Shown here: positions 17,510-26,499 of the stretch, piece by piece | How the letters are laid out: the number at the start of each line of letters is the position of its first letter | How positions within the stretch are numbered: the stretch's first letter is position 1 | Assembly (NCBI RefSeq): GCF_000737315.1 | Contig: NZ_JMCB01000009.1 | Coordinates: 248,001 to 312,000 of the forward strand | DNA: 64,000 bases | Direction of reading: 5' to 3' | Source: Hyalangium minutum | Lineage (GTDB): Bacteria > Myxococcota > Myxococcia > Myxococcales > Myxococcaceae | Notes under the pieces: model-generated | Databases searched by the model: none | The model's input: the letters and a program-made list of their open reading frames with translations, nothing else | Told to the model about the DNA's origin: nothing | Program-made: the position numbers and the translations under genes

Positions 17510-19699
17510 TCACGCCTTGACGTCGAGGCGCTGCGGCGGCTCTCCGCCCGAGGACTGAGCGGAGTGCCCAGGGCCGTTGCCACCGGCGGGCTTGTCCTCC
17601 TGCGCGGGCTTCTCGGCGGACTGCTTCTCCAGCATGGACTTGGAGAGGGCGTGCTCGTCAGCGGCGCGGCGGGCCTCGCGCTCCTTATAGCGGCGGATGG
17701 CGGGGGCCATGATCTCGCCAATGAGCGTGCGGTAGTCCATCCCGGCGCCCTGGGCGATGAGCACCAGATCGCTCCAGCCCGGGGTGAGGCCCGGTAGCGG
17801 GTTGCACTCGATGAAGAAGATGCGCCCCTTGTCATCCATGCGGAAGTCGATGCGCGCCACGTCGCGGCACCCCAGCGCCATGAACGAGCCACGGGCCGCC
17901 GCGCGCAGCTTCTCCAGCAGCGCCGGCTCGATCTTCGCGGGCGCGTCGTAGCGGATGCGATCGGTCCAGTCGAGCTTGTGCTGGAAGCTGTAGACGGGGT
18001 TCTTCTCCTCCTTGTCGAGGAAGACGATCTCCATGGGCGGCAGCACGCGCGGGCGGCGCTCGCCGAGCAGGCCCACGGTGAACTCGCGCCCGCCGATGTA
18101 CTCCTCGATGAGGGCCGGCTGCTGGTACTTGCCGACGATCTCCTTCACCACGTCGCGCAGCTCCGCCTCGCTGTGGCAGACACTCTTGCTCACCACGCCC
18201 TTGGAGGAGCCCTCGGCCACGGGCTTCACCATGAGCGGGAAGCCGGTGAAGTCCTTGTTGAGGCGCTCCTTGCCGGTGTGCATCAGCTGGAAGGTGGGCG
18301 TGTGGATGCCGGCCTGGCGGACGATCTTCTTGGCCAGGGCCTTGTCCAGCGCGAGCGAGAGCGTGGCCGGATCGCTGCCCGTGTACGGGATGTCGAGCAG
18401 CTCCAGCATGGCCGGCACTTGGCTCTCGCGGTTGCGGCCCTTGAAGCCCTCGGCGATGTTGAAGACGATGTCCACCGGCGTGCTGGCCAGCACGTTGGGC
18501 AGCTCCTGGTTGGCCTCGAGATCAATCACCTCGTGGCCCCAAGAGGCGATGGCCTCGCGGATGGCCTGGAGCGTGGCGGGCGAGTCATACTCGGCCTCGC
18601 TGTCCTCGGAGGCATCCACGGTGGGCTTCACGCGCTTGACGTTGTAGGTGAAGCCCACGCGCAGCGGGCCGCTCTTGCGCGCCGGCTTGCCCTGGCGCCG
18701 CGCCGAGTCCTTGATCTTGTACCGCTTGGCGGCGCTCTGGATGATGCTGCCGATGACGCCATCCATGTGCAGGCCCTCGAGCTCCGCGGAGGCGTAGATG
18801 CCGGCTCCGGGCTCCAGGCTGGGCAGCGCGTTGATCTCCAGGAAGTACGGCACGCCCGCGTCGCTGAGGCGGAAGTCGATCCGGCCCAGGTCGCGGCAGT
18901 CGAGCACCTTGAAGATGGTCTGCGCCATCTTGCGCACGTCCTCGGCCGTCTTCGCGGGGATCTGGGCCGGCGCGCGCACGCTGACGGACTTGAAGTTCTT
19001 CACCTTCAGGTCGTAGTCGTAGATGGAGTACTTGCGGCTCGAGGTGGCCGCCGGATCGATGATGTACTCCACGGGGGTGAGCACGCCGTCGAAGTCATTG
19101 TCCACGGCGGCCAGGAAGGGCACCGTCAAGTCACGCCCACCGATGTACTCCTCCACGAGGACGCCGGCCGGGTACTTGGCCAGGGCCTGGGCCACCTTGG
19201 TGCGCACCTCGTCCAGCGTCTCCGCGATGGAGTCCTGGGTGATGCCCTTGGAGGAGCCCTCGAAGTTCGGCTTGACGATGACGGGGAAGCGCAGGTTCTC
19301 CGCGGTGAGCTCGCTGAGCTTCTCCACGTACTGCCAGCCCGGGGTACGGATGCCGTGCTTGGCGAGGATCAGCTTGGTGAGCTGCTTGTCCAGGGTGACG
19401 GCCAGGGCATACGCGTCGCTGGCGGTGTAGTGGAAGCCGAGCTCCTCGAAGAGGGCCGGATAGAAGGCCTCGCGGAAGCGGCCGCGGCGGCCCTCGGCGG
19501 TGTTGAAGATGAGATCGGGGCTGTAGGCCTCGAGCCGGGCGACGGTGCGCGAGGCGGGGCCGCTGACCTCGAAGCGCTCCAGCCGGTGGCCGAGCCGCTC
19601 GATGGCGCCCGCCAGGGCGTTCACCGTCTCCTGGGTGTCGAACTCCGCTTCCTCTTCCGAGTCCGAGAGCCTGAGGTTGTACGTCAGCGCGATGCGCAC
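17510..19699 (-). CDS. Tandem (two-domain) D-Ala-D-Ala-ligase-like ATP-grasp protein
   Basis: Likely GTG start at 19699 after GGGGGAAG (VRIALTYNLRLSDSEEEAEFD). Two copies of the fold: VKPNFEGSSKGI/EINALPSL and VKPVAEGSSKGV/ECNPLPGL. Confidence 0.88.
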   Translation of the reverse strand: MRIALTYNLRLSDSEEEAEFDTQETVNALAGAIERLGHRLERFEVSGPASRTVARLEAYSPDLIFNTAEGRRGRFREAFYPALFEELGFHYTASDAYALAVTLDKQLTKLILAKHGIRTPGWQYVEKLSELTAENLRFPVIVKPNFEGSSKGITQDSIAETLDEVRTKVAQALAKYPAGVLVEEYIGGRDLTVPFLAAVDNDFDGVLTPVEYIIDPAATSSRKYSIYDYDLKVKNFKSVSVRAPAQIPAKTAEDVRKMAQTIFKVLDCRDLGRIDFRLSDAGVPYFLEINALPSLEPGAGIYASAELEGLHMDGVIGSIIQSAAKRYKIKDSARRQGKPARKSGPLRVGFTYNVKRVKPTVDASEDSEAEYDSPATLQAIREAIASWGHEVIDLEANQELPNVLASTPVDIVFNIAEGFKGRNRESQVPAMLELLDIPYTGSDPATLSLALDKALAKKIVRQAGIHTPTFQLMHTGKERLNKDFTGFPLMVKPVAEGSSKGVVSKSVCHSEAELRDVVKEIVGKYQQPALIEEYIGGREFTVGLLGERRPRVLPPMEIVFLDKEEKNPVYSFQHKLDWTDRIRYDAPAKIEPALLEKLRAAARGSFMALGCRDVARIDFRMDDKGRIFFIECNPLPGLTPGWSDLVLIAQGAGMDYRTLIGEIMAPAIRRYKEREARRAADEHALSKSMLEKQSAEKPAQEDKPAGGNGPGHSAQSSGGEPPQRLDVKA

Positions 19700-20295
19700 G
19701 GCTTCCCCCTTCTTGCCCGCCTGAGCGAGCGGCCGCGGCGAATCTTCGCCGCGGACAAGAGTCGTCCCGGGGCGCGCTGATGCGCCACGGGGGTGCGGGC
19801 GGCAACGGATGCGCCCGCGACAACCTTCCCATCCACCACCTGCGTCTGGGCCCACATGTCCCCCAGCCGCCAGCCAAGCGGATCCTTGAGGACGCGCCAT
19901 CCCTCCAGCCCCCCGATGACGAGGAGCCCCCCGGCGCCCGCCACCAGGCCCAGGCCCTCGGGCATCATCCCCAGGAGGATGATCAGCGCGAGCGGGGCAT
20001 TGCGGAGAGCGCTGTCGCGGTGGCGCGCGGCCGTGTGCGTAGGCAGGTAGATGACCTTGACGCCGAAGATGCGCTTGCCGGGGCTCTGGCCATGGAGCAT
20101 GCCGTCGGCCAGGAGCACGAAGAGCAGCGCCACCACGGAGCCGGCGGCGCCGCAGACGACCCACAGGCCCCAGGCCACGGCGATGTCCACCAGCCGTGCG
20201 CCCAGGCGCAGCAGGAGCGCGGCCTTGGGATACGGCGAGCCGGACAGAATCTCTCCCTCGTGGACGAGGCGCAGCGCGCGAGGACCGGAGTTCAC
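19684..20295 (-). CDS. RDD family membrane protein
   Basis: RLGARLVD, hydrophobic helices, GQSPGKRIFGVKV, RLGDMWAQTQVV; overlaps both neighbours. Confidence 0.85.
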   Translation of the reverse strand: MNSGPRALRLVHEGEILSGSPYPKAALLLRLGARLVDIAVAWGLWVVCGAAGSVVALLFVLLADGMLHGQSPGKRIFGVKVIYLPTHTAARHRDSALRNAPLALIILLGMMPEGLGLVAGAGGLLVIGGLEGWRVLKDPLGWRLGDMWAQTQVVDGKVVAGASVAARTPVAHQRAPGRLLSAAKIRRGRSLRRARRGKPCASR

Positions 20296-20813
20296 TCCTC
20301 GGGCTCCAGCGTGAGGCCCTTCTCGAGGGGCTCGGGCTCATCCAGGCCGGCCAGCTGGGCCAGCCGCTCGTAGGCGCTGATGGGCATGCGCTGGGCCTGG
20401 GTGCGCTTGGCGTGGGCGCGCGCGTTTTCGGCGGCCAGCTCGGCGGTGGGCGAGCCCGTCTCGGACAGACGCATCAGCCGCTCGCGGGCCTCCTCGGTGT
20501 CATGCGCCGGGGCCTCGCTTTCCCGGGTGAAGAAGACGAAGGCCATGGCCGGGCGCTTGGAGGCCTCGCGCATGGCGAACTGCACGCCATCCAGGTTCCA
20601 GCCCTTGGGGACCCACTCGTTGAGGGTGCGCTCCAGCGAGCCCTCATCCACGGTGGACAGCTCGACAACCTTGTACTGGAGGGGGCCGGGCGCGCGGATG
20701 ACAGGCGTATGGCCTGCTCCAGGGCGCTTCCCGGCTCGACGCTGACGTTCGGGCGGAGGTTTCGCCGCCTTGCGCTTGGGGCGCTTCTTCTTCGTGGGCA
20801 TTGCCGTGGCCAA
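20292..20813 (-). CDS. Hypothetical protein, DUF4177-like core with basic N-terminus
   Basis: YKVVELSTVDEGSLERTLNEWVPKGWNL resembles the DUF4177 pattern; overlaps the RDD start codon. Confidence 0.55.
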   Translation of the reverse strand: MATAMPTKKKRPKRKAAKPPPERQRRAGKRPGAGHTPVIRAPGPLQYKVVELSTVDEGSLERTLNEWVPKGWNLDGVQFAMREASKRPAMAFVFFTRESEAPAHDTEEARERLMRLSETGSPTAELAAENARAHAKRTQAQRMPISAYERLAQLAGLDEPEPLEKGLTLEPEE

Positions 20814-20878
20814 TCACTTTGCGCGTCCGCGCGCCCAGGATCAAGCGGCGCGCGGAACTTGTGGGCGCCGCCTGTTGC

Positions 20879-21847
20879 CTACAAGAGCTTCGAGGCTTCC
20901 AGGGCGTGGTAGGTGATGATGAGGTCCGCCCCAGCGCGCTTGATGGAAGTGAGGATCTCCATCATCACGCGATCTCCATCCACCCAGTTGTTTTGAGCCG
21001 CAGCTTTCACCATCGAATACTCGCCGGAGACGTTGTAGGCGACGACGGGCAGGTCCACGCGCTCCTTCACCCGGTGGATGATGTCCAGGTAGGAGAGCGC
21101 GGGCTTGACCATGATCATGTCGGCGCCCTCCTCCACATCCAGGCCGACTTCCTTGAGGGCCTCGCGGGCATTGCCGGGGTCCATCTGGTAGCCGCGGCGG
21201 TCGCCGAACTGGGGCGCGCTCTGGGCGGCCTCACGGAACGGGCCGTAGAAGCCGGAGGCGTACTTGGCGGCGTAGGAGAGGATGGGCGTGTCCACCAGGC
21301 TGCACTCGTCCAGGGCCTTGCGGATGGAGTGGATGCGGCCGTCCATCATGTCCGAGGGAGCGATGATGTCGGCACCAGCCTGGGCGCAGGTGACGGCCAT
21401 CTGCGCCAGCAGCGGCAGGGTGGCGTCATTGGCCACATGGCCGCCCTCGAGCACGCCGCAGTGGCCATGGTCCGTGTACTCGCAGAGGCACACGTCGGCG
21501 ACGATCTGGAGCTCGGGGACGGCGTCCTTGATGGCGCGGATGGCGCGCTGGACGATGCCCTCACGGGCATAGCCCTGGGTGCCTCGGGCGTCCTTATGGT
21601 CCGGGATGCCGAAGAGAATGACGGAGGGCACCCCGAGCGCCTTCGCCTGCTTGGCCTCGGCGACGGCGTGCTCGATGGAGAGGTTGAAGACGCCGGGCAT
21701 GGAGGTGATGGGACGGCGCACGTCCCGGCCTTCCACGACGAAGAGCGGATAGATGAAGTCTGCGGGCTCCAGCGTCGTCTCGCGCACCATGTCCCGGAGG
21801 ACGGGGGAGCGACGCAAGCGGCGGGGACGGTGGGTGGGGAAGGCCAT
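20879..21847 (-). CDS. hemB: Porphobilinogen synthase (delta-aminolevulinate dehydratase)
   Basis: [64 protein letters not shown]. Confidence 0.97.
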   Translation of the reverse strand: MAFPTHRPRRLRRSPVLRDMVRETTLEPADFIYPLFVVEGRDVRRPITSMPGVFNLSIEHAVAEAKQAKALGVPSVILFGIPDHKDARGTQGYAREGIVQRAIRAIKDAVPELQIVADVCLCEYTDHGHCGVLEGGHVANDATLPLLAQMAVTCAQAGADIIAPSDMMDGRIHSIRKALDECSLVDTPILSYAAKYASGFYGPFREAAQSAPQFGDRRGYQMDPGNAREALKEVGLDVEEGADMIMVKPALSYLDIIHRVKERVDLPVVAYNVSGEYSMVKAAAQNNWVDGDRVMMEILTSIKRAGADLIITYHALEASKLL

Positions 21848-21939
21848 GGTGATGACGGTATAAACCGTCTGGAGCCTCCCCATCAGCCCTCAAGTGAACG
21901 GCAGGCCTCCCCGCTGGGCAGGCAGCGAGGCGTCCGGCA

Positions 21940-22143
21940 CTACACCGGCTGGGGAGTCAGGTCCTGCCGCCACCAGCGCCGAGAGGCCTGCTCCGCGCGG
22001 TGCTCGGCCAGCTCCGCCTCGTGGAGCGCCCGGAGATAGCGGCTGTGGGCCGCCGGCGTGCCGGACTTGAGACCTTCCTCCGCAGCCGCCAGTTCCTGCC
22101 GCGCCTGAACCAATTCCTTCTGCACCACATCCTGCCAACTCAT
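21940..22143 (-). CDS. Small hypothetical protein (67 aa, helical)
   Basis: ORF with GGAGGAAGG Shine-Dalgarno-like sequence upstream; amphipathic helical composition. Confidence 0.6.
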   Translation of the reverse strand: MSWQDVVQKELVQARQELAAAEEGLKSGTPAAHSRYLRALHEAELAEHRAEQASRRWWRQDLTPQPV

Positions 22144-22372
22144 GTGCCTTCCTCCTGTCCTCTGGAGCTATGCATGGTCCAGACCAGCGGCAGGCGTGGG
22201 AGAAGTGCGCGAAAAGTGAGGCCCTCTGCGGTGCGTCATGCGGGCGCCTGCGCACACCGTTTCACAGGGGGCGTAAAGCGCTTCACGCGAGCAGGCGGAC
22301 CGCCCGCCTGGCTATTCGACCGTTCACCCAGGAAGGCAATCGGCGCCAGGGGGCATCGTCTAGAGTGGCACT

Positions 22373-23284
22373 GTGTCCGCTATCGAAGTCACTGGGCTCC
22401 GGAAGACGTACCGGCGCGCTTTCTCGCGCACGGGAAATGACGCGTTGCGAGGCGTGGATCTCACCGTACCCGAAGGGAGCGCCTTCGGGCTGATCGGCCC
22501 CAACGGAGCGGGAAAGACGACGTTCATCAAGGCCATCCTCGGCATCGTCCAGCCTACGGGCGGGACGGTGAAGGTGCTGGGAGGCTCGCCGGAGGACCCG
22601 CGCATCCGTGAGAAGATCGGCTACCTGCCCGAGCGCCTGCACCTGCCCAACGCGTGGACGGCCGTCGCGTTCCTGCACACTGTGGCCAGACTGAAGCGGT
22701 TGAAGCCGGACCGAGCCGCGGAGCTGCGGCTGCTGGAACGCGTGGGGCTGGCGCACGCGGCGGGCCAGCGGATTGGTGGGTACTCCAAAGGCATGCGGCA
22801 GCGGTTGGGGCTGGCGGCGGCGCTGATCGGCTCCCCTTCCCTGCTGGTGCTGGACGAGCCCACGGACGGCATCGATCCCATGGGCCGGGTGGAGGTGCGC
22901 GCGATCCTCCAGGAGGAGGTGCGGCGCGGCACCACGCTGTTCCTGAACTCGCACCTGCTGGCGGAGACGGAGCGCGTGTGTGATCGGGTGGCGATCCTCG
23001 CGAACGGGCGGGTGCTGCGAGAGGGTCGGCTGGAGGAACTGGCACGCGGCGGGGCGCGATGGGCGGTGCGCTTCGCGCCGGGGGCGGACGCGGGGACACT
23101 GGCCTCAGTGGGCTTCCAGTCAGCAGGCTCGGAGGGGCTGTTCCACATCGAGGCGGCGGACCCGGCGGCCTTGAACACGGCGCTGGACAAGGCGCGGGCG
23201 GCGGGTGCGCTGCTGGTGGAGCTGAGGCGGGACGGACAGGATCTCGAGGCCGTGCTGACGGCCACGATGGGAGCGGCGGCATGA
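22373..23284 (+). CDS. ABC transporter ATP-binding protein
   Basis: GPNGAGKTT, YSKGMRQRLG, LDEPTDG, LNSHLL. Confidence 0.95.
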   Translation: MSAIEVTGLRKTYRRAFSRTGNDALRGVDLTVPEGSAFGLIGPNGAGKTTFIKAILGIVQPTGGTVKVLGGSPEDPRIREKIGYLPERLHLPNAWTAVAFLHTVARLKRLKPDRAAELRLLERVGLAHAAGQRIGGYSKGMRQRLGLAAALIGSPSLLVLDEPTDGIDPMGRVEVRAILQEEVRRGTTLFLNSHLLAETERVCDRVAILANGRVLREGRLEELARGGARWAVRFAPGADAGTLASVGFQSAGSEGLFHIEAADPAALNTALDKARAAGALLVELRRDGQDLEAVLTATMGAAA

Positions 23285-24117
23285 ACCCCGTTCTGGGAAT
23301 TGCTGGCTACGTTTTGCGCGAGGCGGCGTCGCGGAAGTTCATCCTGGCCTTCCTGGTGGGCATCACGCTGGTGCTGCTGGTGCTGTCGCTGAGCCTGAAG
23401 CTGGAGGTGCTGGACGGGGCGCTGGCGGCCACGCGGCTGTTCGGCAAGGAGTTGGAGACGAGCATCCGCTCGGTGGACGTGGCGCTGCGGCCGTTGTTCC
23501 AGGCGTGCGCGTACGTGGTGTTCTACGGAGGCATCCTGTTTGGGATCGTGGCGTGCTCGGACTTCGCGCCGAGTTTGCTGTCGCCGGGGCGCATCGAGCA
23601 CCTGCTCGCCCTGCCCTTGCAGCGCTGGCACATCCTGGCGGGAACGTTCCTGGGAGTGATGACGCTGGCGCTGTGCGGGGCGCTGTATGGCTCGCTGGGG
23701 CTGCTGATCATCTTCGGAGTGAAGACGGGGTTCTGGACGCTGGGGCCGCTGATCGCGGCGATGCTGGCAATCGGGAGCTTCGCAGCGGTGTACGCGGTGA
23801 TGTTGACCACGGCGACGCTGGTGCGGAGCGCGGCACTGTGCGCGGCTTCGGGCTTTCTGATCTTCGTGGGAGGCATCGTCGCTGGCTACCGCGTGCCCAT
23901 CGCGCGGGTGTTCGAGGAAGGACTGAGCCGCAAGCTCTTCCAGGCGGTGACGGCGGTACTGCCGCGGCTGTCGGCACTGGCGGATGCGTCGGCGGATCTG
24001 GCGGCATCGAAGCCGCTGGAGGTGAAGTCGCTGGAAGCGCTGGTGGCGGGAGTGGTGGTGTTCGGCCTGGGGGTGCTGGCGGTGGGGCTGTGGCGTTTCG
24101 AGGGAAAGGACTACTGA
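23281..24117 (+). CDS. ABC-2 type permease
   Basis: ATGA overlap with the ATPase; about six hydrophobic segments; GRIEHLLALPLQR. Confidence 0.85.
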   Translation: MNPVLGIAGYVLREAASRKFILAFLVGITLVLLVLSLSLKLEVLDGALAATRLFGKELETSIRSVDVALRPLFQACAYVVFYGGILFGIVACSDFAPSLLSPGRIEHLLALPLQRWHILAGTFLGVMTLALCGALYGSLGLLIIFGVKTGFWTLGPLIAAMLAIGSFAAVYAVMLTTATLVRSAALCAASGFLIFVGGIVAGYRVPIARVFEEGLSRKLFQAVTAVLPRLSALADASADLAASKPLEVKSLEALVAGVVVFGLGVLAVGLWRFEGKDY

Positions 24118-25244
24118 TGAACCGGCGTCGAGGCATCTGGTTGGGGTTGGCGGCGGTCCTGCTGGCACTGGGGGCGTGGCTGATGCTGAGTGGCCAGGGC
24201 GATGAGCCGGCTCCCGAGCCGCTCAAGGTGGAGTTCCCGCGCAGGATGCGGCGGGAGGACTGGAAGCGGGCCGAGCAGCGCCGGACGCAGGTGGTGCCCG
24301 CGGTGGTCCCGGCGCAGGGGAAGCCGGAGGCCGAGCCGCCGCGCCCGAGGGATCCGGTGCTGGCAGCGCTGCCGCGAGGCAAAGGGCGCTCGGCGGTGGT
24401 CATCGAGGCGAACGCACTGCGCTACTCGCCGATTGGGGAGCTGCTGGTGGACTGCCTGATGCGGGATGGAGGGAAGAACCTGGAGGAGTTCCGCAAGCAG
24501 AGCGGTGTGGATCCGCTGCAGGACCTGGACCGGATGGTGATCACGGACAAGGGCATCGTGCTCTCAGGGAACTTCGGCAACGCGCGCTTCAAGGAGCTGT
24601 TCCAGGAGCGGGTGTCCTCGGACTACGGCCCGGGGTCGCGGGTGTACGAGCCGGGCAGCGTGGTCGTCACGCAGGCGGACGGGGGCGTCCGGAAGGGCCG
24701 GAACAACGGGACGGTGGGAACCTGGAACGATCAGCTGCTGGTGGTGGGCGACGATCCGACGGCGGTGAAGGAGGTGCTGGATCAGGTGAACGGAGGAGGC
24801 TCGAACGAGCCGCCGGTCATCAACGAGGGGAGCACGTACGGGGAGATGTACGGGGTGCTGTCGGTGGAGCAGCTGGCGCGGATGATTCCCAAGGAGCAGG
24901 CCGAGCTGGCGCAGAAGCTGCGGGACGTGGCGGACACGGTGGAGCTGCACATGGATGCGCGCTCGGACGTGGCGATGGTGGCGCAGATCCGGGGCTCGGA
25001 TGCATCGAAGGTGACGGACCTGGGTAAGTCGCTGGGCGGGGCGCTATCGCTGGCTCGGCTGAAGGCGCAGGCGGACGGGGACAAGGATCTGGCGCAGTTC
25101 CTGGACTTCGCGAAGGTCGAGCCGGATGGGTCGGAGTTCAAGCTGGAGCTGGCGGTGCCGCTCGAGGTCATCAAGGAGCGCCTCGCGTTCTGCCGCGATG
25201 ATCAGAAGACGGCGGCGGAAAGGGGAGCGGAGGTACGGCCATGA
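24117..25244 (+). CDS. Hypothetical membrane-anchored protein
   Basis: TGATG coupling at 24115-24119; MNRRRGIWLGLAAVLLALGAWLML anchor followed by a soluble domain. Confidence 0.75.
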   Translation: MNRRRGIWLGLAAVLLALGAWLMLSGQGDEPAPEPLKVEFPRRMRREDWKRAEQRRTQVVPAVVPAQGKPEAEPPRPRDPVLAALPRGKGRSAVVIEANALRYSPIGELLVDCLMRDGGKNLEEFRKQSGVDPLQDLDRMVITDKGIVLSGNFGNARFKELFQERVSSDYGPGSRVYEPGSVVVTQADGGVRKGRNNGTVGTWNDQLLVVGDDPTAVKEVLDQVNGGGSNEPPVINEGSTYGEMYGVLSVEQLARMIPKEQAELAQKLRDVADTVELHMDARSDVAMVAQIRGSDASKVTDLGKSLGGALSLARLKAQADGDKDLAQFLDFAKVEPDGSEFKLELAVPLEVIKERLAFCRDDQKTAAERGAEVRP

Positions 25245-25849
25245 AGCGCTCGGAGTTGGTGGCGCTCGTCGACATGGACGGGACGCTGTGCGACTACGAG
25301 GGGGCGATGGCGCGGGATCTGGAGAAAATCCGGAACCCACAGGAGCCGCCGCTGAAGATGCGAGAGCACCACTCGGTTCCGTGGTTAAGGGAGCGGGTAG
25401 AGCTGATCCGGCGGCAGCCGGGCTGGTGGGCGGGGTTGGAGCGGCTGAAGCTGGGCTTCGACGTGCTGGAGGAGCTTCGGGCACTGGAATTCGAACTCCA
25501 CATCCTGACGAAGGGGCCGGCGCAGGCGACGAGCGCCTGGACGGAGAAGCTGCAGTGGTGCCAGCGGCACGTACCGGACGCACGCGTGACGGTGACGATG
25601 GACAAGGGCTTGGTGTACGGGAAAGTGCTGGTGGATGACTGGCCCGAGTACATCGAGCGCTGGCTCACCTGGCGGCCGCGGGGCCTGGTGATCATGCCCG
25701 CGCAGCCCTGGAACGAGGACTTCCAGCATCCGAACGTGCTGCGCTACGACGGGAGGAACCTGGACGTGGTGAAGACGAGCCTGCGGGCCGTAAAGGAGCG
25801 GGCGCTGGCGCTGCCGCCCGACGATGTCCCGCCGCTCCCCGAGAGTTGA
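25241..25849 (+). CDS. HAD-family 5'(3')-deoxyribonucleotidase (NT5C-like)
   Basis: DMDGTLCD motif I, ILTKGP, WTEKLQWC, DKGLVYGKVLVDD, QPWN. Confidence 0.82.
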   Translation: MKRSELVALVDMDGTLCDYEGAMARDLEKIRNPQEPPLKMREHHSVPWLRERVELIRRQPGWWAGLERLKLGFDVLEELRALEFELHILTKGPAQATSAWTEKLQWCQRHVPDARVTVTMDKGLVYGKVLVDDWPEYIERWLTWRPRGLVIMPAQPWNEDFQHPNVLRYDGRNLDVVKTSLRAVKERALALPPDDVPPLPES

Positions 25850-25856
25850 GCACGGC

Positions 25857-26348
25857 ATGTCCCTCTCCACCTTGTGCCAGCGCTGTGGGCTCTGCTGCGA
25901 CGGGAACCTGTTCTCGTCGCTGCCGTTGCGCCGCTCTGAGGTGGAGCCAATGCGGCGGCTCTCACTACCCGTGGTGGAGCGGACAGATGGAACGCCGGGG
26001 ATCGAGCAACGCTGTGCGGCGTTGGATGGGCGGTGCTGCACGGTGTACGCGGAGCGTCCCGAGGCCTGCCGCCGCTACCGCTGCCACCTGCTGACGGCGG
26101 CGGCCGAAGGCGAGGTCTCAGTGGAGGAGGCACTGGGAGTGGTGGATGAGGCTCACGCGCGCATCCGAGCCGTCGAAGCCGCCCTACCCCTGGAGCGCCT
26201 GGGTTCTCCCCAAGCGGTGCTACAGCGTGCGAGACACGAAGACCAACCGGAAAACGGCGGTCCCCTGCCCCGCGAGACGCAGGAACTCTGGAATCAGGCG
26301 GAGAGCCATCTCGACCGCCACTTCCGAGGCCGACACCGCCGGATGTGA
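25857..26348 (+). CDS. YkgJ-like cysteine-cluster (Zn/Fe-S) protein
   Basis: LCQRCGLCCDG...CAALDGRCCTVYAERPEACRRYRC. Confidence 0.85.
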   Translation: MSLSTLCQRCGLCCDGNLFSSLPLRRSEVEPMRRLSLPVVERTDGTPGIEQRCAALDGRCCTVYAERPEACRRYRCHLLTAAAEGEVSVEEALGVVDEAHARIRAVEAALPLERLGSPQAVLQRARHEDQPENGGPLPRETQELWNQAESHLDRHFRGRHRRM

Positions 26349-26499
26349 ACATGTCATTGCAGGTGCATCGCCTGCGTCACAACTCAGCAACATGCGCTGC
26401 GGATAATTTCTCCCCAGGCTAGTTGGTCACGATGTCGCATTCATCACTGCGGCGAATGGCATTCGCGCAGAGTAACGATAAGCCAAGTTGAGGTGGACA

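Noticed and set aside
19700-20341. N-terminal extension making the ATP-grasp ORF 943 aa
   Set aside because: It is an off-frame overlap of the RDD gene with low-complexity R/P/G composition; a good SD and GTG exist at 19699.
23059-24116. Long 5' extensions of the permease (from 23059) and accessory gene (from 23505)
   Set aside because: They overlap upstream genes out of frame; the coupled starts at 23281 and 24117 are far more plausible.
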